A DNA stretch of 51,765 bases, the filler included, from Sphacelaria rigidula (taxonomy: Eukaryota): the NCBI GenBank assembly GCA_964200075.2. It is 4 parts of 4 records of this genome, joined end to end, with 100 filler letters (N's around TTAATTAATTAA, not from the genome) between each part and the next. Parts side by side here need not be neighbours in the genome. Positions count along the whole stretch, not along the records: positions 12,968 to 25,834 come from CAXNAA020003349.1; positions 25,935 to 38,800 come from CAXNAA020003350.1; 2 more parts are not named here. The stretch is one strand, 5' to 3'. Below the pieces are notes generated by a model. The model worked only from the letters and a program-made list of their open reading frames with translations, searched no databases and was not told the DNA's origin. Shown here in pieces: positions 21,971-34,959 of the stretch. How positions within the stretch are numbered: position 1 is the first letter of the stretch; the number at the start of each line of letters is the position of its first letter. The position numbers were made by a program, and so were the translations under genes.

Positions 21971-22700
21971 CACGACACATGCACCAGCACACTACTCGTA
22001 TCAACGTTTTCGTGATTCTGAGAGTAGAGCGCTGATTGAGAGCAGATTTGATCAGTCGCTTCAAACTAGCCAATTATTCATTCCGTGTGTGTGTGATGTT
22101 CTTTCCCTCCATCACTGGCGTGTGCTTACAGCTGCACGTCGATATCCTACTCAGGGATGTCATGGGCCTCAGTGCCAAGCTACTACAGAAGGCATTTTGG
22201 ACCTCGTGTACGGGCATTTCAGAACTGATACGAAGAATTCACTGGTGACCGGTTTTCACTCTCAATCGCATCCTCTAATCTCAATATCACGAAAACACTG
22301 TTTCGTATATCCACGCATCTATATCCGAGCGCACCGAGCAAGCCATGACCACTGCGCTCTTGGGGACAGTAAAAAAGTCGTACAGTGAGATGAAGCAAAA
22401 ATGGCACAGTACTACAGTACACACGCAGTTGCAAATAGTGTAGTGGTGTACTATGTTCGAACATCTAATTGCCAGAGAATGAAATTTGTTGCGTTGAATT
22501 AAATGATGTAATCCACTAGTCGTTTTCTGCGTCACGAAGGATGTTTTGTTTTTTCAAGTACCCGGGAGAGGCTGTGATTTGGTGCCGAATACATGGAGCA
22601 TACCTTTCGATATATGTACAAGGAGTTCAGCCACGTACCAAAGCTTGAACGGAATCGTTCAATCGTTTGACCGCGAGGGTAGGTCGGTCATCTGGCTGTG

Positions 22701-23101
22701 ATAACATGTTTGCCAGATTCAGAACGAATTTTGCTTTCGGAACGGGAGGTTTTTCGTTATTTATAACAACGAGGCGGTCTAATCGCCCGGAACGGCCGTC
22801 ACCCCCCTGAAAGCCCGTGATCTGAAGGGAGTTGAGCTCAATCAGATTTAAAATTGCGGTGGTGCCTTACGTGAGATACGGCTGAAATGTGCATTTGTTT
22901 CCCCCCCTAATTTGGACACATTTTCCCTTATAACTCTGTACTGACCATGTCTATTTCAAATATTCTCGCACCACAATTCCCGTCAGATAACGGGCTTTCA
23001 GCGGGGTGACGGTCGTTTCGGACAATCCGACCGCGTTGGTGTCAATCACGGAAAGCCTTCCGTTCCGGAAAAAAACCCAACTAATATCACAAACATGTTA
23101 T
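22701..23101. mobile_element. About 400-bp foldback MITE nested in another copy of the 100-bp piggyBac-like unit (22666-23175)
   Basis: Ends ATAACATGTTTG/CAAACATGTTAT, long imperfect arms, and flanks that rejoin into the 100-bp unit. Confidence 0.7.
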
Positions 23102-26100
23102 TCTATGTTTTCATTTTCCAAGTTAATTTGATGCTGATCAAACACATGACCTATCTATGCTCGTGGTCAAAGGTTTGATATTGGGAACAGGTGGAGTACT
23201 GTAGATCGTTCTACAGTAACTGTTGTTACTCGTGACGGCGTTTGGCGTGATTATTCCTCTGAAGATGGAGCGAATCCTTTGCGGAATTTGTACTTGGTGG
23301 TGTTTGCTTCCGCCTCAGATGTTTCCGACCGTTTGTTTGGATGGTGGGTGCTGTTGCGAGATGTGCATCGTCTTTGGCACCGTCTTTGGCACTGAAGAAA
23401 CTCTGGTGATACTGTGATGGTATATGACTGAGGGATTGAATTAAAACTAGTTTCCTTGTGGATATGCAGATGGTCCCCAGAAACGACCAGCGGGTCTGGA
23501 AGGATTCTAGTCGAATGTGTGTTTGTCTTACTGCCGCCGCGGGTTGAGGGTGAAAGGATTGTACCCGAATGGCTGCGTGTACCTGCCGCTACTACAGCTT
23601 TTGATTGGCTTGGGGTACAGTGCGTCACGGGGAGTCGTATTTATATGACAAGATTGTATGCGTAGCTAGGAGCTTTTGAGGGTAATCGTGTGCCTCATCG
23701 CCCAGGCGAGGCACTTGCGTTCCACCTCAGCGAAGGCCCTACTGTAGACGATTCACAAGAAGAACATCAGCTTTTCATCTATTCTGCGCAAGGTCAACCT
23801 GTGGCGAGCCGTGACAAGCTAACAACACGAGTGAGTCACGAGTAACATAATTTCCTTATATCACAGTGGTGTTTCCTTTTCAAAAGGAGCTCAGTGCTTA
23901 CTTTCAACCGCAGCAGTCTACTGTCGACGACTGCCCTTGTATGAGAAAAACATACGGTTTGAGTTACGAGCCGAAAACAGGATCAGTGAGCCACATACTC
24001 TCCCATCTTGGGTCGTGGCTTGCTTTGCTAGCAATTACGTCGCAATAATACAAGAAGAAGCAAAACTGTACTGTATTGGCATGTAACTGATGTGCGGTAG
24101 TAATGGGTCACGAAATTTCATCAGAGGTATCAACATAATTTCTTCAAAAAAGCCGTACGTAGTGCTAATACAACTTGCTAGGCGATTCAGCGCCATTTCC
24201 CCCCAGGGAACAAAAGTAGCACGAGTAGTTCGAGGCTTTGCCGATTGTCACATTTCGAGAAGTCTTTCAGTGCTTTTCCGAGAGGGTTCCAGCGCCTTTT
24301 CCCACCTTTTCGTACGTCCACTTTGACTTATAGCCGATAAGTTTAGCCTTTTTTGGTCACTTGCGAAACCGTTTTCGTGGACTGGTCGACAAATTATTCA
24401 CCCGGCCAAAAGTCGAACCGGGCGCACGAAAGTTCGAAAACGTGGGCCATAATCCTCCCAGAGAGTACAGTGGCAATTCTTCATGAGGTGGCATAATCCA
24501 CCGAACCACGGATGCCAGCGGAAATCGTCACTGAATCATGAAACAGGCTTTTTTGGAGAGATTGTTCGTTGGACACGAGCAAGCAGCTTCATACGATTCA
24601 CCCATCCCTCGCTTCCATGCCAAGCAACGACCCCGTGAAGTGAACAAGATTATATTGCCTGCACGTGTATGTCGGTCCGAGCTAGAATCAATATAATCTT
24701 CTCGACCTCCCTGTGAAACGGCGAGGCAGTCGGAAAGGCCACGGTGCCATTGACCGGTAGCTATGCACTAGAACTATCCATCAAAATAGAGCGTTTCGGG
24801 GGAAACAAATTCTGAGCGTAGTGCAGAATGGAAGCGTTAAAACTTCACTTCATATTGGAAGATGATATGACGTGGCTTGACGTGGATTTTTTCGGTCGCA
24901 GTGATCAGCCGCAGGTTCTACCTACTCATGAATACTTCGAAAACAGACGTATGGACCAATGCGCATCGGTACAGGGGAGGTACGATAGCGCACCAACTGC
25001 ATTGTTGAAATTGCTACGGTCACCACACAGTGCTGCTACTGCGAGGAGTCAAGGTATATTCCAGTGCGGTGCAGTAGAGTACAGTGCAATGCAAGCTCGA
25101 TAGTAGACTACCGCGGCACAAATGGATCAAAGTGGGGTATGTACTGTAGCAGACAGTAGCTACAGAGGAGCATATGACTGTACAAGTAGTACGGTGCACA
25201 AGTGCATTGCAGTGGTAATTACAGTACGTCCAACTGAATAACAGGGCAAGCCGCAAGGACCCGACGTCGCACCATGGTGTCACCCTAAATCACGGCAGGC
25301 TTCGCTGGATTCATCAGCAGTACAGCACTGCCTCTGTGTAATTTCTCAACGTTTTTTTATTTTTATTTTGAGGAGTTAAGCAGACCATGACTCTGAAACA
25401 GATGAATGCCCTATACTTAAATCAAGTTGCGCACGTCAATGCACATGTTACCCCGCGGGCGCGGAGCCCTGCTGGCAGGTAACTTTTGCAACTAGATGGG
25501 GTTCATTTTTTTCGCTGGCAGGTTGTCTTATTTCGCTTGCACGGGCAGTTCTACGCCCGCTGTGCGATCGCCAACCCACAGGCATCCTCTTTTTAGGATC
25601 CCATTTTTACATTGGAATATCGGATCATCTGCAAATTATAGGTTCAGCACCGAATACTCCACAGTATCCTTAGCCTTGGGAAACGCTCCATTGAGCGGGG
25701 GCGCGAAGCGCAAAAACCCTTGCACTATTCTTAGTCATTATGTTTGTCCGCATTGCGCGTCTCTCGACGTAGGTGCAACAATCACGGGGCCTGAGAGCGC
25801 ACCATTCCTCCGAAGTCCGACGCACCAGCTGCCANNNNNNNNNNNNNNNNNNNNNNNNNNNNNNNNNNNNNNNNNNNNTTAATTAATTAANNNNNNNNNN
25901 NNNNNNNNNNNNNNNNNNNNNNNNNNNNNNNNNNCCACCACCACGATGGGAGGGGGGGAGAGCGCCCCCCCCCCCCCCCCCCAGGAAAATGGCCAGTTTG
26001 AGGAGGCAAGATCTCCATGTAAACCAAGATGACAAAAGCCGAGCATACCCGGCAGCTGAGAACTCCCGTGCTTGGGATTTATTTCGCCAGTGCCGCTCAT

Positions 26101-26842
26101 ATGAGGGGCTTCATGAAGTCTGAAACCAGCTCATGCGCTGCATGTTTTTTTTTGGGGGGGGCTATCGCGACATCGCTCCACGCTATTTGAAAAAATGAAG
26201 GCGGTGCGTGACTTTTTTTCGTGGATTGAGCATCGTTTTTTCATGTTTGAATGAAAATTGAAGCTATGCCCATCCTGGGGGTCAGCTTGCCGACGGTATA
26301 GAGGGTGAGGGTACATCGATTGATCAAGTTCCGGTGACCTGTGTATGTGGACGTTTACTGCGTTCAGGGGTCATCGGCGGGACTCCAACCAACGATGCAT
26401 TCCCGACGAGCGTCCATCACTGGCTGATCATGGTGTGGTGGAGTGGGAAACGATCACAGTTTGGGTATCATGTCTTCCCTGTTTCTGGCCATTTGCCGGC
26501 GCGATTTGTGTTGTTTTGTTCCAATCCCACTCGCGTTTTGCGTTGTTTTGTTCAATTGTAAATGTCACTCGCAGTTTCTGCCGTTTTATTCTAATCTCAC
26601 GAGCAACTTGAAAGACATGTCAAGCACACCAAAGTCTAGCAACATGGTGGCGCTTCAGAGCCACCGCACCAGCACTACCCACCAGAAGCCAATATATCAC
26701 CCCGAAGAGAAAATGACGACAAAGGCATCCACGAATGCGTCAGTCTGGAATGCCAGAGAAGGTACCATCAAAAGGATCGACATCGTACACATCACCACCA
26801 TGAGCACCACCACTGCCGTCACTGCCATCACGGTTTAGCCTA

Positions 26843-27613
26843 TTTGGTGCACAAAAAAGGATACACCCTGGTGCTTTTGGAACAAAAAGAGGTAACACAT
26901 TCTTCCCTTTGGGGCGCGGCGCTGCACCCGGGCCGAACACCTCGAAAACACGTTCCAGCGTCTCAGCTCCACACCCAAGGTGTCTGTCCGGCCGGAATGC
27001 CCGACCATTTCTTTTCATTTTCACAAGTGTTACTACAATAATTTGTACTGCGGAGCCGAAAATGAGAGGCTTTGAGAGTACCCTTTTTTGCAAACAAACT
27101 AGGAGGGTACACCATACCATCCGCTAAAATTAAATCCATCATCCCTTACCCTTTTTTGTTCACCTGTTGAACCTTTGTTGTGAAGTGGTGACTGTACCGC
27201 AGGCTCAGAAGAAGGTATGCCGAGCAGTCACAACCATGATCATTTCGGTTAAATTACATTTCACCAAAAAAGGCCGGAGCCCAACGACCAAGAGAGTGTA
27301 GCCCCCTGCTAGTTGGCTCGAGGGCCCGGAAGATCCAACGATGCATATATATGGGGCGTTTGTGTGCCGGAGCTCACGAAGATCCAACGAACATTTGTGA
27401 ACATCTTGCTGACATATTGTAACACTTGTGAAAATGAGAAGAAATGGTTGGGCATCCCGCCCAGACAGACACCTTGGGCGTGGGGCTGAGGCGCTTGAAC
27501 GTGTTTTCGAGGTGTCCAGCCCGCGTGCAGCGCCGCGCCCCAAAGCGGAAAATGCGCTACCTTTTTTTGGTTCCAAAAGCACCAGCGTGTACCCTTTTTG
27601 TATATTACCGAAG
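26843..27613. mobile_element. About 770-bp MITE with TIRs of about 200 bp
   Basis: 26845-27040 is the reverse complement of 27415-27610, with TA on both flanks. Confidence 0.8.
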
Positions 27614-28429
27614 TATTTAAGAGGTCTTTCATCGGTAAATGAACACGGGATTTTACATATTGGGGATGGATTTTTTATTGAGGATGAACCTAGCGAAGCT
27701 TCATACGCTTCAAATATTCGAAAAAGAAATGCAAATTCATTCTCCGCCCGTGATGTGTGGTCTCATTCATCTTGATTAAAGTCCATCTGAAATTCGTAAA
27801 ATTCGGGGGTTTTATACCGAACCATGTCGTCCTCCGGTCATTCCGGAACAAAAAGCGTTACTATTTATCAAAGCCCACTGAAAACACAGGATATTTCGAA
27901 TCGCGGGTGTTTTTCTTTTCAGGGATGAACGAGGCCGCACATCATGGCCGGAGAGTGCGTTTGTACTTCTTATTCGAATATTTCGATGCCTATGAAGCTG
28001 CCCAAGGTTCATCCTCAACAAAAAATACACCCCCCCCATTTGTAAAATCCCGTGTTAATACCTTTCCGGACCATACCAGAGTGTTCAACACAAGGCTTGA
28101 TCACCTGCCGAACTATACGGAATGTTCGATTAAAATCCAGTTTTGGTTCAGTATGCTAACCTGAGCCCTCGGATGTTCATGAATACCCTGAGGAACACAT
28201 CCGGAAATTGCCTGGTTTTAGGCGGCAACGCAAGCGGTATCCAAAACAGTCCAGTGAGTCGGATATTTTCACGTTCACGAAAGCCACATTGCTGCATAAT
28301 ACACTAAAAATGTGGTAACAACCCTTCTGTCGACGACAAAAAAATGCCGTGGAAAAAGCACATATATGAGGACGTCGTAAGCGCTTGCTGCTCGAAACGA
28401 GTATTATTTCGATCGTGTGATGGTTGTCG

Positions 28430-28683
28430 AGTGATGCTACGGTAGGGGTACACAAATAATTTCTGAGGTTAGAATTGTTAGGAGCCCTTTATCTCATCCA
28501 AAACACGACCTGTGAAAATATGCGAGAGTACGCCAATATTACTATTTTTCCAATGTGCTGGGGATATCCCGAATGAATTTGCAAACGAGGATGCCCTGAC
28601 CCATATTCTTGTGCGTCTAGAATCCTTAGGAGCCCCTGAACCAGACCGAATTTCGCGAAAAAAGTGCACCCGTACCGTAGCAT
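28430..28683. mobile_element. MITE with ATGCTACGGTAGGGGTACAC / GTGCACCCGTACCGTAGCAT ends; relatives at 12968-13040 (inverted) and 50175-50453
   Basis: Inverted termini; 28430-28500 is the reverse complement of 12968-13039. Confidence 0.7.
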
Positions 28684-29885
28684 TGCTCTGTCTGTTTGTC
28701 AGCGATCAAACTACGATCAAGCAAACAAGCCAAAACGGGTGATCCATGGCATTGGAGTGTCATGCACCCCGTTACGGACTGCATGTTGCAGGGGGGGGGG
28801 GGGGGTCATGATCTTGTATGCCGTAGTCATTATACATTTGACCTCGCATCCCGACAAAGCTAAGACAGAGCACGCCGAATTTTCGCCCGATCAGACTCGG
28901 AATCACCAAGCGCGAAGCGACGTGATGTGTTTGGCGGGTTGCATGAGGGGTGAACTGCATCCTGCCAAGATTGTTCGGCCCGAAGCGCACTGGTCATATA
29001 ATCTTTCATTTGGATGACAGCCTTCAATAAGCTGCTTCATTTTTTGGTATCGTCACTACTTCCAGCGACAGCTACGGACTACACACAGCCTCATGGGTGT
29101 AGCAGGGGAAGGGGACGAGGGGTGAAGATCGGGTCAACTGGGTACACCGTGGTCTGTATGGAGAGCGTCGCGAAGTCGTATTCGAACCCTTCGTCCGAAA
29201 CGCCTCCCCAGAAAGGCAGCACAGACACAATTTTTAGACATCCTACGGAGTCAAGAATTTGATGAGGTTTCCTGGTTCATGTGTATATTTTTATCATCAC
29301 GGAGGCCCTTCAACACTAATATTCAACCTCGAACAAGGGTCTGTCGAGAGAATTTTTTCGGACACGAAGGCCTCCCCCCCCCCCCCCCCTGGGAGGACAT
29401 TTTTTCGAAATTTGTCATGATATTTTACATTTTTTTTGTGTGATTTTTTTGTACTTTTTGTTGAAATAAATTGATCGACATCTCACGTCTGGCGGGCTTC
29501 GCGAGGTTTGTATATTGTATTAGCTTCTGCTCCTTGCCCGCTCTGTCCCGATGACCTCGGATCCCGGCAACGCTCACACACATCAATGTACATAACACGA
29601 GTTATATTTTGTTCGGAATGCTCCATCCTGCTGGAGGTCGTCCGTTAAGGCGGAACTCGGATCGTATATGCTTGTGTCCAGCAGCAGCAGCAGCAGCAGC
29701 CACCGTCCAGGCAACGTTGCCGTTCTCCGAGTATGTGTTTGACCGCACTAACGAGAACATAATAAGCCCCTTGAGCTCTGGAACGGAAGCGTAGTCGACC
29801 ATTGCTCCTCTGAACGAACTGTACCGTATCGCTCGAAACGCGTGGGATCGGTCCGCTCAACATCGCCTGTTCTACAGGGTAAGTA

Positions 29886-30106
29886 CTCGTAATTGCGCGA
29901 GTCATCGCCCGCCCCCCTGGACCGAATTTCAAAGCTCGATTACTCCATGACGAAGAGGGTGCCAATACCAAATGACGCGTTTTCGGACAGCTATCGACTA
30001 GATCTTTCCATCGTCACCCTTTTCAGAACTGATGCTCTTCTTGTTGTGGAGTAATCGACCTTTGAAATTCGGTCCAGGGGGTGTGCAATGATGCGCACAT
30101 TTACGG
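29886..30106. mobile_element. Tc1/mariner-type MITE
   Basis: Arms cccctggaccgaatttcaaag.tcgattactcca and its reverse complement, CCGTAA-like termini, TA flanks. Confidence 0.75.
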
Positions 30107-31082
30107 TAATACACACGATTCCGCATCATCAGGATTTCACCTCGTAAGACCATCATTCAAATTATCACCGACGGGCTTCTCGAGGAATACTCCATCTAGG
30201 AACGGGTATGAAAGATCATGATGTCGCCGAAAACGGCACTGACTGTGGTTCGTGCTTTCATTTCATCAAAGTTCATTTATGGTAACATTTTTGAAAACAC
30301 GCTCCAACGTTTTTGCTGCCCACTCTCGATACCACCGTTGCGCCCAAGCTTGATAGATCAAATCCCCCTCCCGACAAGCCTGCTGCCCGGTGACCAATAA
30401 ATGAAAACGCCCTTCTTCGCATTATCGCAGTAATCCATGGCAGCACACAGACGGTACATACACACCGTCTAGATCTGCAAGCGAAAAAAGAAAAGCAAAT
30501 CACGATATATAAAAATTCACATTGTATATGCGTTCCAGGGTAGCCCAGAAGCAACGGACTGCCACACGAGACACTCGCTCAACACGTTCGTGTCTGACAC
30601 CTCTTTCCCCCCTACGCCCCTCTCCCCCCTAGTTCATAAAGACGACGTCACGCTCTTGAAAAAGTTCAGAGACCAAGTCTGAATCCCGCTAGACAGTCCT
30701 TTCGCACATGAAAGTACGTGTTTCACTCAAACAGGGGTTACCATAGGCGCTGGGGTGTTTGTTTCCACAAGAGCAGGCGCTGCTGCGGTGGTTTTTATCG
30801 ATCGCTGAGGACGCGATGTGACGAACGGGAGTCAAAGTTTTATATCTTTGGTGGTGCAGTACAACAGAAGATAAGATTGTTGTGACGCTCGACGATCAAC
30901 AGTACGAGCGACGCCCACTTTGAAAAACGCTTGGAAGTATCGATGGCGATCATTTGGCCTCCCGAGTTGCGCCCTTGATCTCACTAGACTAACTGACAGA
31001 ACAACCTCGTGCCCCCCCCCCCACCCCCCNNNNNNNNNNTCTCCCCCCTCTCCCCCCCCCCTTCATCCCCAACCCCAGGCCC

Positions 31083-31114
<32 letters not shown>

Positions 31115-32601
31115 TCTCTCGCACCAACAGCAAGCACATGTGGCCCGAAAGCAGTTGCCATGAGTCATCATCCACTCCTGCGTTCGAGATACATACTATC
31201 ATACACGCACATACACACGACACAAAAACGCGAGATAAAGCGAATAATCCTGTACAACATACGTTGACCGCGAAAATATATATATCCTATTGATAGCAAG
31301 AAAAAGACATTGATGAGAAAAACACACACACCCACGCACCACTACCACGCATCTCATGTTGTGTTGTCGACCGATACACATTGCGTCGACCGCGCAATCT
31401 CCGTTTGCCACTATACTGAAGTGGTTTTGGATGATGACTCCTAGCAGATCACACCGCACTGTACTTACTGTACACCGTCATACACCGCGGGGTCAACCCA
31501 ACCAACGTGCATTCAACAGTCCACGCCCCGAGGGGGAGCATGCGAAGAAGGACTATTTGCCTGCACCATTGACAACTCTCTCTAGCGACAAGCAACACTC
31601 AGCAAGAGTTGAGCACATGCCAAGCAGAGCGAGTTGCTCCTAAGCAAAGTCGCCCTGTCATTTCTCCAGATATACTTGCTAAACACCTCAAGATCTCAAA
31701 ATTCCCCCTGTTACCCCATATCCTTCAAGTCCTCCCTTCGTGTCGCCTTCCCAGACTAGCTGCAGGCACCACCAACGTCTGCAACAAAGAATGTGCTTGG
31801 ATAGAAGACGACTCTTCCTTGCCGAGAGATTTGCCATGCCACAAGGAACCTGCAAGCGAAAGCCCGGCGGCTGGATTGCATCCAATACTCGCTTTCGCCG
31901 CCCAGAATCAACGTGTGTCGAGTGTGTTCATCCCCTTTGGGCGTCCATAGATCGACATTTACGGATGATAGCCGTTCATGAAGTAAACGCGATGCCAAAC
32001 GTATCCATACGGGCACACACGGGGTTCTTGAGGGGTCAAGGCAGCCCGCGCGCGCACTGGGGATGGAAGATACACCATACGCGCGGTAGTCGTGTGAGGC
32101 CTATGGCGCAACGTCAAGTTGATTTTATCGCATAATGTTGCCAGGCTCTTCGAAACACCTGGTGCTCCAAAACTACCCGCGGATGAACGAACGCGAGCGC
32201 GCCCCCGCCCCCCGCGGCCCTGAATATTTCGCCATTCTCCCTTTCATGCAAGGTGGAGGCGCGCGGACAACTACCCTTGACAAACACCGTGCGCTACCGA
32301 CACGTGGCCGCCATGTCAATCCTTTTCACCGGTGAACAAACACCCAAAATGAGCGCCGTGGCGTGTGGAATAATCAACAGAAGATGACCAACACACACCC
32401 TACAACACACTGCACACCGCACACTGCACACGTGCACATAGTATACGCACACACACCACATGAAGGCATCGCCGTAACCCTCTGCTTCCAACCGCGCGAT
32501 GCCCGCAAAAATTAGGCGCGGGACAAAATTAAGAACGCGAGATCACTCAAGAGCTCTCACCGTTTCCGCAACACAACACACTGTCCGCCCTTCCTCCCCC
32601 G

Positions 32602-32970
32602 CTACGCAACGCTGCGAAGCTTGGGTGCAGACCCCGCAGCCGGCAGTCCCGGTGAAGGCTTCGGAAGCAGAGCAGATGACGACATTGTTGCTGTTGTTGT
32701 TGAAGACGGATTCACTTCGCCATCGCCATCTTTGCTGTAACCGTACCGGTGATCACCAGTGTTGTCGTTGCTGCTACTATTCCCGTTCGGCAGGTCGTCT
32801 ATACTGTTGCAGACGGTACTACGGGCCGTCGCCCTCGCTTCGTTGTCTTCGCTTCCGCTACCCCCGCTGTTTGCTCCGCCATTGAAAATTGGGTTGCAAG
32901 CGCCGCTGGAAACAGAGGCGCCGCGATCAGCACTACCGCCTCGAAGTGCAATGGCGACCGGTGTTCTCAC
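32602..32970 (-). CDS. Putative terminal exon (low-complexity Ser/Gly/Asn) of an unknown gene
   Basis: CCTCAG acceptor, 122 open codons to TAG, in phase with exon 33243-33453. Confidence 0.5.
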   Translation of the reverse strand: MRTPVAIALRGGSADRGASVSSGACNPIFNGGANSGGSGSEDNEARATARSTVCNSIDDLPNGNSSSNDNTGDHRYGYSKDGDGEVNPSSTTTATMSSSALLPKPSPGLPAAGSAPKLRSVA

Positions 32971-33242
32971 CTGAGGCAATCCAACGGCGACACAAAGGCG
33001 GGAAACCTGCGTGAAATACTATACTGTACTGTTAGGGGTGCAAATCGGGAGGGGGGTGTTAGCCTCGGAGTTTTGTCAGGCCGTTCGACGGAATTTTATC
33101 GACCATAGACAGTTCATCCTCGTTTCCTTTGTTCCATGTGGATACACTTGATTAAACGCATCATCATTAGGACGAGCAAACCGTGCGTTCAAGCGACATC
33201 CTCCCTGTTCAGGCGCCACATACACGTCCACACCACTGACAC

Positions 33243-33453
33243 GCTTTGCAAGATGACTTCCCTTCTTTTCAACTCTTCTTGCGTTCGCTCAAACTCTGCA
33301 AAAAAAAACCTTTTTGCCGCCTCATGTGCCGAGTGTGGGACGTTCCCGGAAAGCGAAGTCATCAGAACATGCACTGTGATTTCAAGGTCACAACGCAAAA
33401 ACAGCGCTCGAATCGCACTTGTGATCGACGAGATCGTCTCTGATTTAGCCGGC
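33243..33453 (-). CDS. Putative internal exon (PAKSETISSITSAIRALF...EELKRREVILQS)
   Basis: TAG acceptor, helical-looking peptide, weak GTGTCA donor. Confidence 0.5.
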
Positions 33454-33879
33454 CTATCCAAGGACTCTCCCCAACAAACCGCACCGTCCCCGACAAGATT
33501 GAATGACAAGAAATACATGCAGACGGGACGGTGGAGGCGAGAAGGGAGGAGAGGTCTTAGCCGCAGAAACTTTTTCCGGTTCCATGAAGTATTTCCGTGC
33601 GTAATGCACTCCGACAAGTTAGTAACAGAGAAGCATTACTGCATGTATACCCAGTCGCTCTGGGGACCCACGTAAGAGAGCGTGGCGTGTAGTGGAACAG
33701 ACAACACCATGGTGACTGTCTTGTGCTCATCTCCTTCTTGATTATGCAGAGTCCACCTTTACCGCCACATGTGGCCTGCCGGCTGTACATCATATCTGCG
33801 CTTCTACTTGTATGAGGCTTCAGTGTTGTGTTCACATATACTGAATTGGCATGATTTGACTCGAAATATGAAGGGGACC

Positions 33880-34700
33880 CAGATTGCCCACCGTGGACGC
33901 CCAAGGGTTCACGTACATAGCTGCGTGCAGGACGAGTTCACACTCTCCAAGGGTTTCTTGCAATCTGGTCCATGGTGATGCCCATAGATGATGGGAGCAG
34001 TTGGAAGGAACGCACGTAGGGAGACAAAGAAGACAACACTCTGCTGAACTGGACTGGACTGCATTGTACTTTTATGCCTTGTTCGGCTTTGCCCATCTGT
34101 ATATAACCACCTTCAGGGCGAGTCATCGGTTGTTCATTGGCATAATTTTTGACTCGAAAGATGATTGCAAGACCCACATTGTGGAGGTCCAAGGGTTCAA
34201 TTCCAGAGCTGGGGGCAGGACGAGTTCCCGCTCTCAAAAGTGTTTTTGTTATCTGGTCCACATGGTAATGGCCATAGACAGTGGGAGCAATAGGAAGGAA
34301 CGCAGGGAGGGCGGGAGACAAGACAACACTCTCCTGAACTGTACTGTTTTACCTCGTGCTGAATTGTCCTGTGTTGTATTGCGCCTTGTTCGGCTTTGCC
34401 CATCTATATACTGTCACCTTCAGAGAGAGTAATCTGTTGTGCATTGGCATAGTTTTTACTACTTGGAAGATGAATGCAAGACCCGGGTGACCCGCAATAG
34501 AGGCGCATAGGTTCAACGCTTTTCAAAGATTTCGTGTAATCTGATCATTTGTGGTGCCTATCGAAGAAGGGAAGGAAAGCAGCAGGGGGAGAGATAAGAC
34601 AATACTGCACTGTACTGTCTGTACAACTCAGCTTTTGTACTGCGTTGTACTGCTGTTGTACTCTCTGTTTCAATTTGGCTCTGTCTTTAGTCACCCCTGG
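33880..34700. repeat. Three diverged tandem units, 288-bp period
   Basis: Homologous acceptor positions at 33964, 34252 and 34540; the motif ggaagga..gca...ggg.ga..agacaa.act recurs. Confidence 0.7.
33917..33964 (-). CDS. Putative 48-nt exon (LQETLGECELVLHAAM)
   Basis: CAG acceptor and GTACGT donor; phase 2-2 joins exon 33453 in frame. Confidence 0.45.
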
Positions 34701-34959
34701 GGTCGGCATCTGCCTCGTACGTAGTAATCTTCATTTGAATAATGAATAATCAATACGCTCATGATGAATGCACCTGCGGCAGAGTGTGTGATCTGCGCAG
34801 AGGGCCTTCCGGGGTTTTCTTGGAACCGACCGGACGGATCCTTTGTTTCTGACTGGCTAGCTTGACTTCTCCATAAGGAAGAGCCAGGACACTTTTGGGG
34901 GGAAAACCCTATATGTTTTGTGAGCGAGTCGCATCCCTAACTGCAGTACCAATACCGGG

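Noticed and set aside
30920-31293. Proline-rich ORFs
   Set aside because: Poly-C tract with Ns; low-quality sequence.
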